In this document: piece by piece, positions 37,676 through 47,424 of the stretch
How positions within the stretch are numbered: position 1 is the stretch's first letter
Layout: each line of letters opens with the position of its first letter
From: Ilumatobacter sp.
GTDB taxonomy: Bacteria > Actinomycetota > Acidimicrobiia > Acidimicrobiales > Ilumatobacteraceae
Direction of reading: 5' to 3'
Length of the DNA stretch: 64,000 nucleotides
Assembly: GCA_013002175.1 (NCBI GenBank)
Contig: JABDKP010000038.1
Span: 1,099-65,098 of the forward strand
Program-made: the position numbers and the translations under genes
The notes under the pieces: generated by a model
Told to the model about the DNA's origin: nothing
The model's database searches: none
Seen by the model: the letters and a program-made list of their open reading frames with translations, nothing else

Positions 37676-38473
37676 ATGATCGATGACGGCAAGGTGGCCA
37701 TCCTCGGCGTCGATGTCGATGCGGTCGACTACGAGGCCGCAACCTCGCGGATCATCGCCGCGGCCCACGGCCGCCGCCCGTACGGCGTGTCGGCGCTCGC
37801 CGTCCATGGCGTGATGACGGGCGTCGACGACGCCGAGCACCGCGCCCGGCTCAACGCCCTCGACCTCGTCACCCCCGACGGCCAGCCCGTGCGTTGGGCG
37901 ATGAACTGGCTCCACGGCGCGGGCCTGCCGGACCGCGTCTACGGCCCGCGCCTCACGCTGGAGGTGTGCCGCGCGGCCGCCGCGGACGGCCTGAGTGTGT
38001 TCTTCTACGGCAGCACCGCGGACACGCTCGGCGCACTCGAGCGCCGCCTGCCCACACTCGTACCGGGCCTGCGGATCGCCGGGACGCGACCGTCGCGGTT
38101 CGCGACGTCGACCCCGGCCGAACTCGACGAGCTCGCGACAGCGATCACGGCGTCCGGCGCGGCGATCTGCATGGTCGGGCTCGGATGTCCGCGCCAGGAG
38201 GTGTTCGCCTACGAGAACGCGATCCGCCTGTCGATGCCGGTGCTCGCCGTCGGCGCCGCGTTCGACTTCCATGCCGGCCTCCAACGCGAACCACCGGCGT
38301 GGGTGCAGCGGGCAGGGTTGCAGTGGCTGCAGCGCCTCGTCGGCGACCCGCGCCGGCTGTGGCGGCGCTACCTGATCCTCAACCCCAGGTTCGTGCTGGG
38401 CCTCGTGCGGCAGCGGCTCGGTCGATTCGACCCCGGTCCGGACGCCGAGCCGACCCACGTCGGCCACAGCTGA
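37676..38473 (+). CDS. WecB/TagA/CpsF family glycosyltransferase
   Basis: TPDGQPVRW, RVYGP, VGLGCPRQE, VGAAFDF. Confidence 0.92.
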   Translation: MIDDGKVAILGVDVDAVDYEAATSRIIAAAHGRRPYGVSALAVHGVMTGVDDAEHRARLNALDLVTPDGQPVRWAMNWLHGAGLPDRVYGPRLTLEVCRAAAADGLSVFFYGSTADTLGALERRLPTLVPGLRIAGTRPSRFATSTPAELDELATAITASGAAICMVGLGCPRQEVFAYENAIRLSMPVLAVGAAFDFHAGLQREPPAWVQRAGLQWLQRLVGDPRRLWRRYLILNPRFVLGLVRQRLGRFDPGPDAEPTHVGHS

Positions 38474-38476
38474 ACG

Positions 38477-39193
38477 TCAGGCGCCGCGTTCTCTGAGGAA
38501 CATCGCTGCGGGCGTGCGCAGCAGAATCCGCAGGTCGGTCCACGCCGACACCTGCTCGACGTACGCCAGATCCCATTCGCCGTTCTCGTGCATCGGCCCG
38601 TCGCTGCGGGCCGAGATCTGCCACAGGCCCGTCAGGCCCGGCTTGACGTGGTGCCGTTGCTCGAGCCCCGGTTGATACTGCTCGTCGACGACGGCGTGCA
38701 GTTCGGGCCGCGGCCCGACGAAGCTCATCTCGCCGCGCAGGACGTTGAACAACTGGGGCAATTCGTCCAGGCTGTACCGGCGCAGGAACTGCCCGAATGC
38801 GGTGTGCCGCGGATCGAGCGGGGTCTTGTGCGTGCGGCGCCGGTCGTGGATCACGGCCAGACGCTGGCCGCGTCGGTCAGGGCGCATCGTTCGGAACTTG
38901 AGCACCTCGAAGCTCGTGCCGTGCTGGCCGACACGACGTTGACGGAACAGCACCGGCCTTCCGAGCAGCAACGCCACGGCACCAGCGATGAGCAGCATCG
39001 GGATCGCCGCGAGTGCGATCGCGAGGATCGCGGCAACGCGGTCGAGGATCGGCTTGACCGTCAGCGTGTACGGCGTGCGGGGCATCCGCACCGTGCGCAG
39101 CGGCAGGTGGGCGACGATCGCATCGACATCGGCCGGTTGCGCGGGATGCCGGTCGGCCCGGTCCACTCTGTCCATCAGCATGTTCTTCGGCAC
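38477..39193 (-). CDS. Priming sugar-phosphate transferase (Bac_transf)
   Basis: KFRTM, SLDELPQLFNVLRGEMSFVGPRP, KPGLTGLWQ; start uncertain. Confidence 0.92.
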   Translation of the reverse strand: MPKNMLMDRVDRADRHPAQPADVDAIVAHLPLRTVRMPRTPYTLTVKPILDRVAAILAIALAAIPMLLIAGAVALLLGRPVLFRQRRVGQHGTSFEVLKFRTMRPDRRGQRLAVIHDRRRTHKTPLDPRHTAFGQFLRRYSLDELPQLFNVLRGEMSFVGPRPELHAVVDEQYQPGLEQRHHVKPGLTGLWQISARSDGPMHENGEWDLAYVEQVSAWTDLRILLRTPAAMFLRERGA

Positions 39194-39346
39194 CTCGGTC
39201 CGCCCTCTTGAACGCCTCAAGCCTGCTCCAGAAAAACCACCCTGAGTGGTTGTCTGGTGGCTTCGATCCCCCGTCCGCAGAGCTTCAGAGTACAGAAGTC
39301 CTGCGCCAGAACATATTCTGCCATCCGACCCGGATGATCACAAGTG

Positions 39347-39364
39347 CCTTGACACAACCTTGAC
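39347..39364. promoter_or_regulatory. Heptamer direct repeat CCTTGAC-N4-CCTTGAC (11-bp period)
   Basis: Exact repeat in the divergent gap between sugar transferase and sulfotransferase. Confidence 0.45.
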
Positions 39365-39447
39365 GACCACGTTCCGTAGCAGTCCAACGGTGATCGGGTC
39401 GGCCACTCATCCCCGGCCCGGTCCGATCGCACCGTTACCATCTCCAC

Positions 39448-40407
39448 GTGATGATGACGAACCGCATCGCCGCGGCCCTGCCGACGGCCGTTCGGGCGTC
39501 GGGGCGCCGGGTCGTACGCGCCGCCGCCATGGTCACGGCGGACCTCCGCCCGTTCCCGGACCTGGTGATCATCGGCGCCAAACGCGCCGGCACGACGTCG
39601 GTGTTCCGGGCCCTCGAACAGCACCGGTCGATGTGCCCGCTCGTCCCGTCGGCGCGGCGACTGCCGTTGCGCGAGAACATGAAAGGCGTCCACTACTTCG
39701 ATTCGCACTGGACGCGCTCGACGAGGTGGTACCGCAGTCACTTCCCGACGACGTTCTCGAAGGCCCTGCGGTCGCGAACAACGGGTGGCGCGTTCACGGT
39801 CGAGGCCAGTCCGTACTACCTGTTCCATCCGCTCGCCGCCGAGCGGGCCGCAGCCGTCCTGCCGGACACGACGCAGTTCGTCGCAATCCTCCGCGATCCC
39901 GTCGAGCGGACCGTGTCGCATTGGGCGGAGCAGACGCGCAACGGCGTGGAGACACTCGCCCTGGCCGACGCGCTCGACGCCGAGGCGGCCCGGCTGGGCG
40001 ACGCCGACGCACGGCTCGCCGATGGCACGTCGGCGTCCAGCCATCCGCACGAACAACAGTCCTTCGCCGCCCAGAGCTTCTACGCCGAGTCGCTGCAGCG
40101 CTGGTTCGACGCAGTCGGCCGCGACCGCGTCAAGGTGCTGTTCGCAGAGGACTACTACCGCGAACCGGCGAACGCGATCAACCGCATCGTGGAGTTCATC
40201 GGGGCGCCAGTCATCGACGGCGGCGACGGCGTCCATCGCAATGCCGCCGAGCGCAGCGGCGCGCTGGACGACGCCACCGAGGCCCGCCTGATCGAACTGT
40301 TCCGCGCCGACGTCGCCGCGGTGAGCGAATTGCTGGGCGTGCAGCCACCGTGGGCGCGCTGGGCACACTCCAGTTCGCCGTCGGCGGAGCCGATGACAGG
40401 ACGATGA
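39448..40407 (+). CDS. PAPS-dependent sulfotransferase
   Basis: IIGAKRAGTTS (5'-PSB), KGVHYFD, EASPYY, LRDPVERTVS (3'-PB). Confidence 0.9.
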   Translation: MMMTNRIAAALPTAVRASGRRVVRAAAMVTADLRPFPDLVIIGAKRAGTTSVFRALEQHRSMCPLVPSARRLPLRENMKGVHYFDSHWTRSTRWYRSHFPTTFSKALRSRTTGGAFTVEASPYYLFHPLAAERAAAVLPDTTQFVAILRDPVERTVSHWAEQTRNGVETLALADALDAEAARLGDADARLADGTSASSHPHEQQSFAAQSFYAESLQRWFDAVGRDRVKVLFAEDYYREPANAINRIVEFIGAPVIDGGDGVHRNAAERSGALDDATEARLIELFRADVAAVSELLGVQPPWARWAHSSSPSAEPMTGR

Positions 40408-41588
40408 AGGTCCTGCAGCTCCACGCCGGCTACCGCGTCCCGGCGGGAGAGGACACCGTCGTCGCCAGTGAGGCCGACGCACTGACGGCGGGCGGCCACG
40501 ACGTCCGGCGCCACGTCGTGTCGAACCCGAGCGAGCTCACCGGCGCGATCAAGGCGCTCAGCCTCAGCCTGCACAATCCACAGCAGGCCCGCGCGGTCAC
40601 CGCGGAGATCGCCGAGTTCGAGCCCGACGTCGTGCACGTCCACAACACGTGGTTTGCGTTGTCGTCGTCGGTGATCGGCGCCGCAGGCGCCGCAGACGTT
40701 CCGGTCGTGATGACACTGCACAACTACCGGCTCGGCTGCCTCGGCGCCGACCTCTTCCGCGGTGACGCGGTCTGCACCGCGTGCGTCGGTCGGCTTCCTC
40801 TGCGCGGCATCCTCCACGGCTGCTATCGGGACTCGCGCCTGCTGTCGACGGTCGCTGCGGCCGAGGTCTCCGTCACCCGGCGGCGCGGCACCCTCGCGGG
40901 CAACGTCGACCGGTTCGTCGCGCCGTCCGGATTCATGGCCGATCGGCTCGTGGAGATCGGTGTGCCTGCCGACCGCCTCGTCGTGAAGCCACACTTCATC
41001 GACGACCCGGGCCCGCGCTCGGCGGTGCCATCGACATCGAACGAGGTGCTCTTCATCGGTCGGCTGGCGCGGGGCAAGGGTCTGGAGTCGCTGCTGCGCG
41101 CATGGGAACACGTCAACCGCGCCGGCGGCCCCGACGACATCGAGCTCGCGATCATCGGCGACGGACCGCTTGCCGACGAGCTGCGCGAGGGTGCACCGCG
41201 CGGCGTCCGCTTCGACGGCTGGCTACCACGTGACGACGTCATCGCACGGATGCTGCGGGCACGGGCGTTCGTGTTCCCGTCGGCGTGGTACGAACCGTTC
41301 GGGATGGTGCTCCTGGAAGCCCTCGCCGCAGGGCTGCCGATCATCGTCACGGCCGCCAGCGAAGCTCCGAAGATCACCGGCGCGCCCGAGTCGCTCGTGG
41401 TGCCGATCGGCGACGAGCGTGCGCTCGCGGGAGCCATTTCATCGCTGTCGGACGCGGCGGTCGACGAGATCGGCGCCGCCAACCGCGACCGCTACGAGGC
41501 GATGTACACACCGCAGGTCGGACTCCGTCTCCTCGAGGAGCTGTACGCGGGGGTCCTGCAGGACGCCGGTGGCGGGCCGCTGCGATGA
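40404..41588 (+). CDS. GT4 family glycosyltransferase
   Basis: HVHN, TLHNYRLGC, WYEPFGMVLLEA. Confidence 0.9.
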   Translation: MKVLQLHAGYRVPAGEDTVVASEADALTAGGHDVRRHVVSNPSELTGAIKALSLSLHNPQQARAVTAEIAEFEPDVVHVHNTWFALSSSVIGAAGAADVPVVMTLHNYRLGCLGADLFRGDAVCTACVGRLPLRGILHGCYRDSRLLSTVAAAEVSVTRRRGTLAGNVDRFVAPSGFMADRLVEIGVPADRLVVKPHFIDDPGPRSAVPSTSNEVLFIGRLARGKGLESLLRAWEHVNRAGGPDDIELAIIGDGPLADELREGAPRGVRFDGWLPRDDVIARMLRARAFVFPSAWYEPFGMVLLEALAAGLPIIVTAASEAPKITGAPESLVVPIGDERALAGAISSLSDAAVDEIGAANRDRYEAMYTPQVGLRLLEELYAGVLQDAGGGPLR

Positions 41589-42415
41589 ACACCGATGCCC
41601 GGGCCGAGGCACCCTCGCCGACCGCGCCGTCGAGGGGGATGGTCCACGTCCCCGGCTCCCCGCGCGTGTTGTTGCACCCGGCTGCAGGGCGCCGGGCCCG
41701 GAGGGTGCACACCTTGACCGGCGCATCGGACTGGCGACGTGACGTGGTCGACCGCGTCGGCGGGCTGCTCGTCGCCACGCTCGGCACCCGCCCATGGGCG
41801 GCCGGCGGATGGCGCTGGCCGGCTGCGTCAGTCGATCAACTCGCCGAAGCGCTGCGCGACGCCATGCCTGGGCTGCGGATCATCGGCGCGGTGGTGCCGC
41901 GCCAGGCCAACCGCGAACGCCTGTCACTGCTGGGTCGCTACGCGGGCAACCCGGTCGTCGTCAAACTGGGTTCGGACGGCGCCGCGACGTCACTGGCCAC
42001 CGAAGGCCGGGTGCTGTCCCTCCTGACGGATCGGCCACTGCCGGGCATCGAGACGCCAGCCGTCGTCGCCCACGACACGATCGACCTCGGCGGCGTGCCG
42101 TGCGAGTTCCTGGCGACCTCGGCGGTCGGCCTCGGCGCGCAGCGCGCTGCGCTCGACGCGCCACTCCGCACCTTCGAGCGCGACCTCACCGAGCGACTCG
42201 CACCGCTCGCTCCCCCGGGCCGCGCGCCCGACGACGTCGCGGTCCACGGCGACCTCACGCCCTGGAACCTACGCCGGACGCGGCGCGGCCTCGCACTGTT
42301 CGACTGGGAATCGGCCGGTTGGGGGCACGCCGGTTCGGACCTCACCCACTACCGCGCAGCATGCGATGCCGTCCGGCCGTGGTGGAGCCGGGACGGCGGC
42401 AGGACGTCCCGATGA
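41585..42415 (+). CDS. APH/choline-kinase-like phosphotransferase
   Basis: VVKL, HGDLTPWN, FDWE. Confidence 0.8.
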   Translation: MNTDARAEAPSPTAPSRGMVHVPGSPRVLLHPAAGRRARRVHTLTGASDWRRDVVDRVGGLLVATLGTRPWAAGGWRWPAASVDQLAEALRDAMPGLRIIGAVVPRQANRERLSLLGRYAGNPVVVKLGSDGAATSLATEGRVLSLLTDRPLPGIETPAVVAHDTIDLGGVPCEFLATSAVGLGAQRAALDAPLRTFERDLTERLAPLAPPGRAPDDVAVHGDLTPWNLRRTRRGLALFDWESAGWGHAGSDLTHYRAACDAVRPWWSRDGGRTSR

Positions 42416-43593
42416 GAGCGCTGGTGATCCACAACTTCTACCGGTCGGAGAACGCATCCGGCGAGAACCTGTCCGTGCTCGACGAGGTTGCCGCGCTCCG
42501 CGAGCGGGGGTGGGACGTCGAGATCCTCAGCGCCGACAGCGACACGATCGCCGGCGGGGCCGTGTCGGTCCCCAGCATCGCGCTCCGGCCGATCTACTCG
42601 ACGCGCAGCGTGCGCCGCACGACCGAAGCGATCCAACGCTTCCGACCCCACGTCGCGCTCGTCGAGAACCTCTTTCCGATGCACTCTCCGTGGGTCGTGC
42701 GCACCCTGCACGCGGCCGGCGTGCCGGTCGCCGCCGGGGTGCGCAGCTACCGGATGTGGTGTGCCGCGTCGACGATGTTCCGTGACGGGCGGCCGTGCAA
42801 CGAGTGCGTCGGCAGCGTCGCCAACCTGCCCGCGGTCCGGCACGGCTGCTACCAGCAGTCGCCGATTCGTTCCGTTCCGATGGCCGCGAGCCTTGCCGTC
42901 CACCGATCGACGTTCCGCGCCATCGAAGCGTTCCTCGCTGTGACCCAGCACGTCGCCGACGAACTCGTCGCCGCCGGAATGCCGTCCGAGCGGATCATCG
43001 TCCGCCCGAACTTCGTCCCCGACCCGGGGCCGTCGCCCGACGTCACCGGCGCGGGGTTCATGTTCGCCGGCCGCTTGACCAGCGACAAGGGCGTCAACCT
43101 GATGGTCGATGCCTGGCGGGCGTCGAACGTGTGGCGCGGTTCGACGCTCCGGATCGCCGGCTCCGGCGAGTTGCGACCGTCGCTCGACGCGCTCGACGCC
43201 GAGCTCAACGTGGAACCGCTCGGTCTCGTGGAACACGGTGCGCTGATGGAGATGATCCGCACCGCAGCAGTGATGGTCGTGCCGTCGGTCTGGCCCGAGC
43301 CGTTCGGCCGAGTCGTCATCGAGGCCGCATCGGTCGGGCGGCCGTCGCTCGTCACGGCAGCCGGCGGCCTGGCGAGCCTCGTTGTCGACGGCGTGACCGG
43401 CTGGATCGCCGAGCCGACCGTCGACCAGCTCGCGGCCGGCTTCCGCCGCGCCGCCGACCTCGATGCGCAACTCGCCGCGGGCCCCGCCGCGAGACAGCGG
43501 TACCTCGAGCGCTACACGAGCGACGTCAGCGTCGGCATCCTCGACGACACGCTGGCCCGTCTCGCGGAACGCGGCGTCGACCTGACCCGTTGA
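42412..43593 (+). CDS. GT4 family glycosyltransferase
   Basis: ASGEN, FAGRLTSDKG, WPEPFGRVVIEA. Confidence 0.9.
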   Translation: MRALVIHNFYRSENASGENLSVLDEVAALRERGWDVEILSADSDTIAGGAVSVPSIALRPIYSTRSVRRTTEAIQRFRPHVALVENLFPMHSPWVVRTLHAAGVPVAAGVRSYRMWCAASTMFRDGRPCNECVGSVANLPAVRHGCYQQSPIRSVPMAASLAVHRSTFRAIEAFLAVTQHVADELVAAGMPSERIIVRPNFVPDPGPSPDVTGAGFMFAGRLTSDKGVNLMVDAWRASNVWRGSTLRIAGSGELRPSLDALDAELNVEPLGLVEHGALMEMIRTAAVMVVPSVWPEPFGRVVIEAASVGRPSLVTAAGGLASLVVDGVTGWIAEPTVDQLAAGFRRAADLDAQLAAGPAARQRYLERYTSDVSVGILDDTLARLAERGVDLTR

Positions 43594-43596
43594 CGG

Positions 43597-46500
43597 TCAG
43601 ATCGTCACGACCGCCGACGGCGTGCGGTACGAGCTGTTGCCGGCAGCGTCGAACGCCTGCACCTGGATGTAGTGCGTGCCGGCGCCGAGCCCGGTGATCA
43701 CCACCGTCGTCTCCGTGCCTGGCACGATTGCGACTTCTGTGAGGTTGCGGGTGACCCGGTAGTAGTCGACGCCGACGTTGTCGGTCGACGCCGTCCACGT
43801 CGCGATGATCGAGCCATCGGGCTGCGCCGTCGCGGTCAGATCGCGCGGCGTTCGGGGGTTCTCCGTGTCGGGACCGTCGATCACCACCATCACCGACGGC
43901 GTCTTGTACGACTGGTTCCCCGCTGCGTCGACGGCACGGACCTGGATGTAGTGGGTCCCCGCACCGAGGTCGGTGATGTTGACCGCGGTGTCGGTGCCGG
44001 GCACCTGGAGGATCTCGACGCTGTTGCGGTAGACGATGTAGTGGTCGACGCCGACGTTGTCGGTCGACGCCGTCCACGCCGCGTCGACGGTTCCGTCGGG
44101 CAGCGCCACAGCGGTCAGGTCCCGCGGCGTGCGCGGGTTCTCGATGTCGGGACCGACCTCGATGAAGACCGGGAGCGTCTTCCACGACTCGTTGCCGGCC
44201 GCGTCGTACGCCCGCACCTGGAGGTAGTGGCCCCCGTAGCCGAGGTCGAGGTCGACCGACAGCGTCGTCCCGTCGACATCGGCGACATCGGTCAGGTTGC
44301 GGCGCACGATGTATCCCTCGACGCCCGTGTCGTCGACCGATGCGGTCCAGCTGAACGTGATCAGCTCGGTGTCCTCATCGTAGGTGGCCGTCGGGTTGCC
44401 GGGGATCGAGGGCTTCTGCGTGTCGGGACCCTCGATGTCGACCCGCACGGACGGCGTCTTGTACGACTCGTTGCCGGCGGCGTCGACAGCGCGGACCTGA
44501 AGCCAGTGCGACCCCGGACCGAGGTCGGCGATGTTGACGGCGGTCTGGTCGCCCGGCACCTGGAGGATCTCGACGCCGTTGCGGAACACGATGTAGTGAT
44601 CGACGCCGACGTTGTCGGTCGACGCCGTCCAGGTCAGGTCGACCGAGTCGTCGGGCAGCAGCGTCGCCGCGAGGTCACGCGGGGTCCGCGGCGGGCTCGT
44701 GTCGCCTGCGATGTCCGCGGTCAACACCGTGGTGCTCGCAGAGCGATTGCCGGCCGGGTCGACGGCACGGACGAAGTAGCGGTCGTCAGACGTGCCGGCC
44801 GGGTCGGTCCACTTCGAGCCGTAGACGAGGGGGCTGACCACCCGATCGTTGCGGAGCACCTCGTAGCCGATGAAGCCTGGGAAGTCGTCGGTCGACTGCG
44901 TCCACCGGACCTCGACACCGCCGGCCGGTTCGAGATCGGCCGAGCCGTTCGTCGGCACGGTCGGTGCCTGCACGTCGCGCTGACAGAACTTGGAGAACCC
45001 CTCGAGGTACTGACGTTGGCCGGAGACGTACGGTCCGCCGATGAAGTCGCCGCCGAACCATGTGCAGCCCGAGGCGTCGGTGTGCATCGCCCAGGTGCCC
45101 TCACTGAATCCGGAGTCGAGCGACGGCACCCAGTTGCGATCGTACGCCCGCGTGGAGGCGTGGAACGCGCCGACCCATTTGTAGTCGTCGGCGCGGGTGT
45201 AGTCGTCGAGACCCGGCCACTTCGTGGCGTCGTGGTAGATCCAGGCGTTGGCGTGGCTGCCCTGGTAGACGACACCGTCGTTGACCGCGAACGCCTGCGT
45301 GTCGCCACCTCGGTTGGAGGTGACGTAGCCCTTCTCGTACCCGTAGTCCGCAGCCCGGTATGCGTGCGTGTTGTGTTCGGATCCGCCCTGCCACACGTCG
45401 GAACCGACCGCGACCACCGCCTGCTGGTATTGGCGGGACGCGTTGCCGGCAGTCTGCACCGGTGCGAACAGGCCCGGCACGATGTCGCCGTTCGTCCAGT
45501 CGACGACGCCGACGCCGTTGAACCCGCCTTCATTGATGCCGAAGATCTTGCCGACGACGTACACCCGTCCACCATTGGCATCGATGTCGTACGGCACACC
45601 GTCGACGTTGGGGAGGAACGTGTTGTTCGACGAGCCGGTCGTCGCTGCGAGCCGCGCGAGTCGCCCGCGAGAGCGGACGATCGTGGCGCTCTGCCTGATC
45701 GCGGTGAAGTTGCCGCCGACGTAGATCGAGCTCCCCTCGACGTCGATCGTGCGCGCGTACGGACGATCCGATGAGTTCCCGAGTTCGAGCGATGCCCGCC
45801 AGCCCGGGAGCACCGCACCGGTCGTCGGATCGAGCGCAGCCAGGCCGGCCGTGAGCGCCACGCCGTCGACGTTGGTGAACTGCCCGGCGACGATCAGCTT
45901 GCCGTCGACCGTGTCGAGGTCCCACACCGTGCCGTCGAGGTCCGGATCGAACGAACTGATCCAGGCGCCGGTCGTGCGATCGAATGCGGCGAGGTACGGA
46001 TGGGAGACGAGATTGCCCGTGGCGGTGTCGCGTACCTGGGAGAACTTGCCGCCGACGTAGACGCGGTCGCCGATGGTCGTGATCGCCAACACGGGGGCGT
46101 CGACGGCCGGCTCGGTGTCGCCGATCTTCAGGACGCCGACGACACCGCCGGCGATCTCGAGCGGGCGATCGTCCAGCAACGGTGTCTGCGTCTGCGCCGC
46201 GACACCACCGTCGGGAATCGACGGCAGGGTCGGCGTGGTGATCTGCGGGCGGATGTACACCTGCGTGAAGGGGATCGCATGGTTCTCGCTGCCGAACTCC
46301 CAGAGATAGCTACTGGCGTTGTTCTGGCCGCCGACGTTGCCGGCATAGGAGAACCCGGCCGACCCGCCATGGCTCCCCCACGGATACGTGAACCACGCAT
46401 TGAACTGGTCGGCGCCGCGATTGCCCGAGCCGACCTCGCCGGTCATCCTGATCTTGGAGTCCTTCGTGTTCGACCCGGTCCCGCCCGACCCGTTGATCGA

Positions 46501-47109
46501 GAACGTCGACAGGCGGTGGCCACCACCGACCGACCACGACCAGCTCGTCAGATCGAGCATGTGCCAGCGGATCTCCTGCCACGCCGTGCCGCCGGTGTTC
46601 GTCGCCCGCCGGAGCCGGATCCCGTCGGCGAGGGCGTTCACGGCGCCGCCCTCGAGAAGTCCGTCGATCGTCGAGGAGGACAGTGCGCCCGGCGAGAACG
46701 CGCCGGGACCGTTCGGGGTCGTCCGGATGTTCTGCGGCGTCGACTGTCCGTAGTCGCGGAATGTCCAGCCCTCGCGTCCCCGGCCGATGAGCACCCAGCC
46801 GCCACCGTCGGTGGTCATGTCGCAGTAGAACTGCTCGGGGCGCTCCAACGAACTGGTCCGCAGCCAGTACTGGCCGTCGGGGCTGCTCGGGTGCAGCTGC
46901 TTGATCTCCCAGCAGGAGGCCGCGGCATCGTGGGAGTTCAGGCCATCCCGGATGGGCAGCGTCGGCGCGGCCGCAGACGAGGCACCGGAGGCCCCGACGA
47001 CCGCAGCGCCGGCGAACAGCGACATCGCTGCGCCCCGCGCTGCGAAGCGACCGAGCGCGCCGGGCGCCGTCCGTCGAGCACGTCCGATTCCGCCGATGAT
47101 GTCGTCCAT
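43597..47109 (-). CDS. Secreted protein: fibrinogen-like YCDxxxxGGGW domain, beta-propeller-like region, ~5 fibronectin-III repeats
   Basis: SCWEIK...FYCDMTTDGGGW; repeated YVGGxF blades; repeated WTASTDNVGVD...QVRAVDAAGN units. Confidence 0.85.
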   Translation of the reverse strand: MDDIIGGIGRARRTAPGALGRFAARGAAMSLFAGAAVVGASGASSAAAPTLPIRDGLNSHDAAASCWEIKQLHPSSPDGQYWLRTSSLERPEQFYCDMTTDGGGWVLIGRGREGWTFRDYGQSTPQNIRTTPNGPGAFSPGALSSSTIDGLLEGGAVNALADGIRLRRATNTGGTAWQEIRWHMLDLTSWSWSVGGGHRLSTFSINGSGGTGSNTKDSKIRMTGEVGSGNRGADQFNAWFTYPWGSHGGSAGFSYAGNVGGQNNASSYLWEFGSENHAIPFTQVYIRPQITTPTLPSIPDGGVAAQTQTPLLDDRPLEIAGGVVGVLKIGDTEPAVDAPVLAITTIGDRVYVGGKFSQVRDTATGNLVSHPYLAAFDRTTGAWISSFDPDLDGTVWDLDTVDGKLIVAGQFTNVDGVALTAGLAALDPTTGAVLPGWRASLELGNSSDRPYARTIDVEGSSIYVGGNFTAIRQSATIVRSRGRLARLAATTGSSNNTFLPNVDGVPYDIDANGGRVYVVGKIFGINEGGFNGVGVVDWTNGDIVPGLFAPVQTAGNASRQYQQAVVAVGSDVWQGGSEHNTHAYRAADYGYEKGYVTSNRGGDTQAFAVNDGVVYQGSHANAWIYHDATKWPGLDDYTRADDYKWVGAFHASTRAYDRNWVPSLDSGFSEGTWAMHTDASGCTWFGGDFIGGPYVSGQRQYLEGFSKFCQRDVQAPTVPTNGSADLEPAGGVEVRWTQSTDDFPGFIGYEVLRNDRVVSPLVYGSKWTDPAGTSDDRYFVRAVDPAGNRSASTTVLTADIAGDTSPPRTPRDLAATLLPDDSVDLTWTASTDNVGVDHYIVFRNGVEILQVPGDQTAVNIADLGPGSHWLQVRAVDAAGNESYKTPSVRVDIEGPDTQKPSIPGNPTATYDEDTELITFSWTASVDDTGVEGYIVRRNLTDVADVDGTTLSVDLDLGYGGHYLQVRAYDAAGNESWKTLPVFIEVGPDIENPRTPRDLTAVALPDGTVDAAWTASTDNVGVDHYIVYRNSVEILQVPGTDTAVNITDLGAGTHYIQVRAVDAAGNQSYKTPSVMVVIDGPDTENPRTPRDLTATAQPDGSIIATWTASTDNVGVDYYRVTRNLTEVAIVPGTETTVVITGLGAGTHYIQVQAFDAAGNSSYRTPSAVVTI

Positions 47110-47424
47110 GTCCGCCTCATGTGTTGTCCGGTCCCCTCACATCGGCGCTGGCTGAGGAGATCTTGAGACGTGCTCGAACTCTTCACCGCCGCCACGGAGA
47201 AGTTGTGATGTGCCGGTTCAGACTACGTGTCGCCCTGTCCGGTCGCTGCCGACGAGCCGTCAAGATCCGGCAAGGTCACGCGCAGTGCGTCAACCGAGGT
47301 TCACCGTGGGTGGCGCGATGGTCCCGAAACGTCAACGTATCCTCAAGCTCGATCCACAGATTGCCGAAACATCCAGCGTGGACAACGTGAACTCGCGCGC
47401 CGGCCGCCGGCGGAGGAACCCGAC

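Noticed and set aside
41585-42415. Aminoglycoside resistance kinase
   Set aside because: Only the generic APH-fold motifs are present, and it is translationally coupled between glycosyltransferases, favouring glycan modification.
43714-43726. CGTGCCTGGCACG, matching the core of the 29-bp palindrome
   Set aside because: Encodes VPGT in an Fn3 repeat whose sister repeats have the same peptide with other codons; arms do not extend.
47110-47424. 315-bp intergenic region as riboswitch or sRNA
   Set aside because: No recognisable conserved RNA motif; adequately explained as a divergent promoter region.
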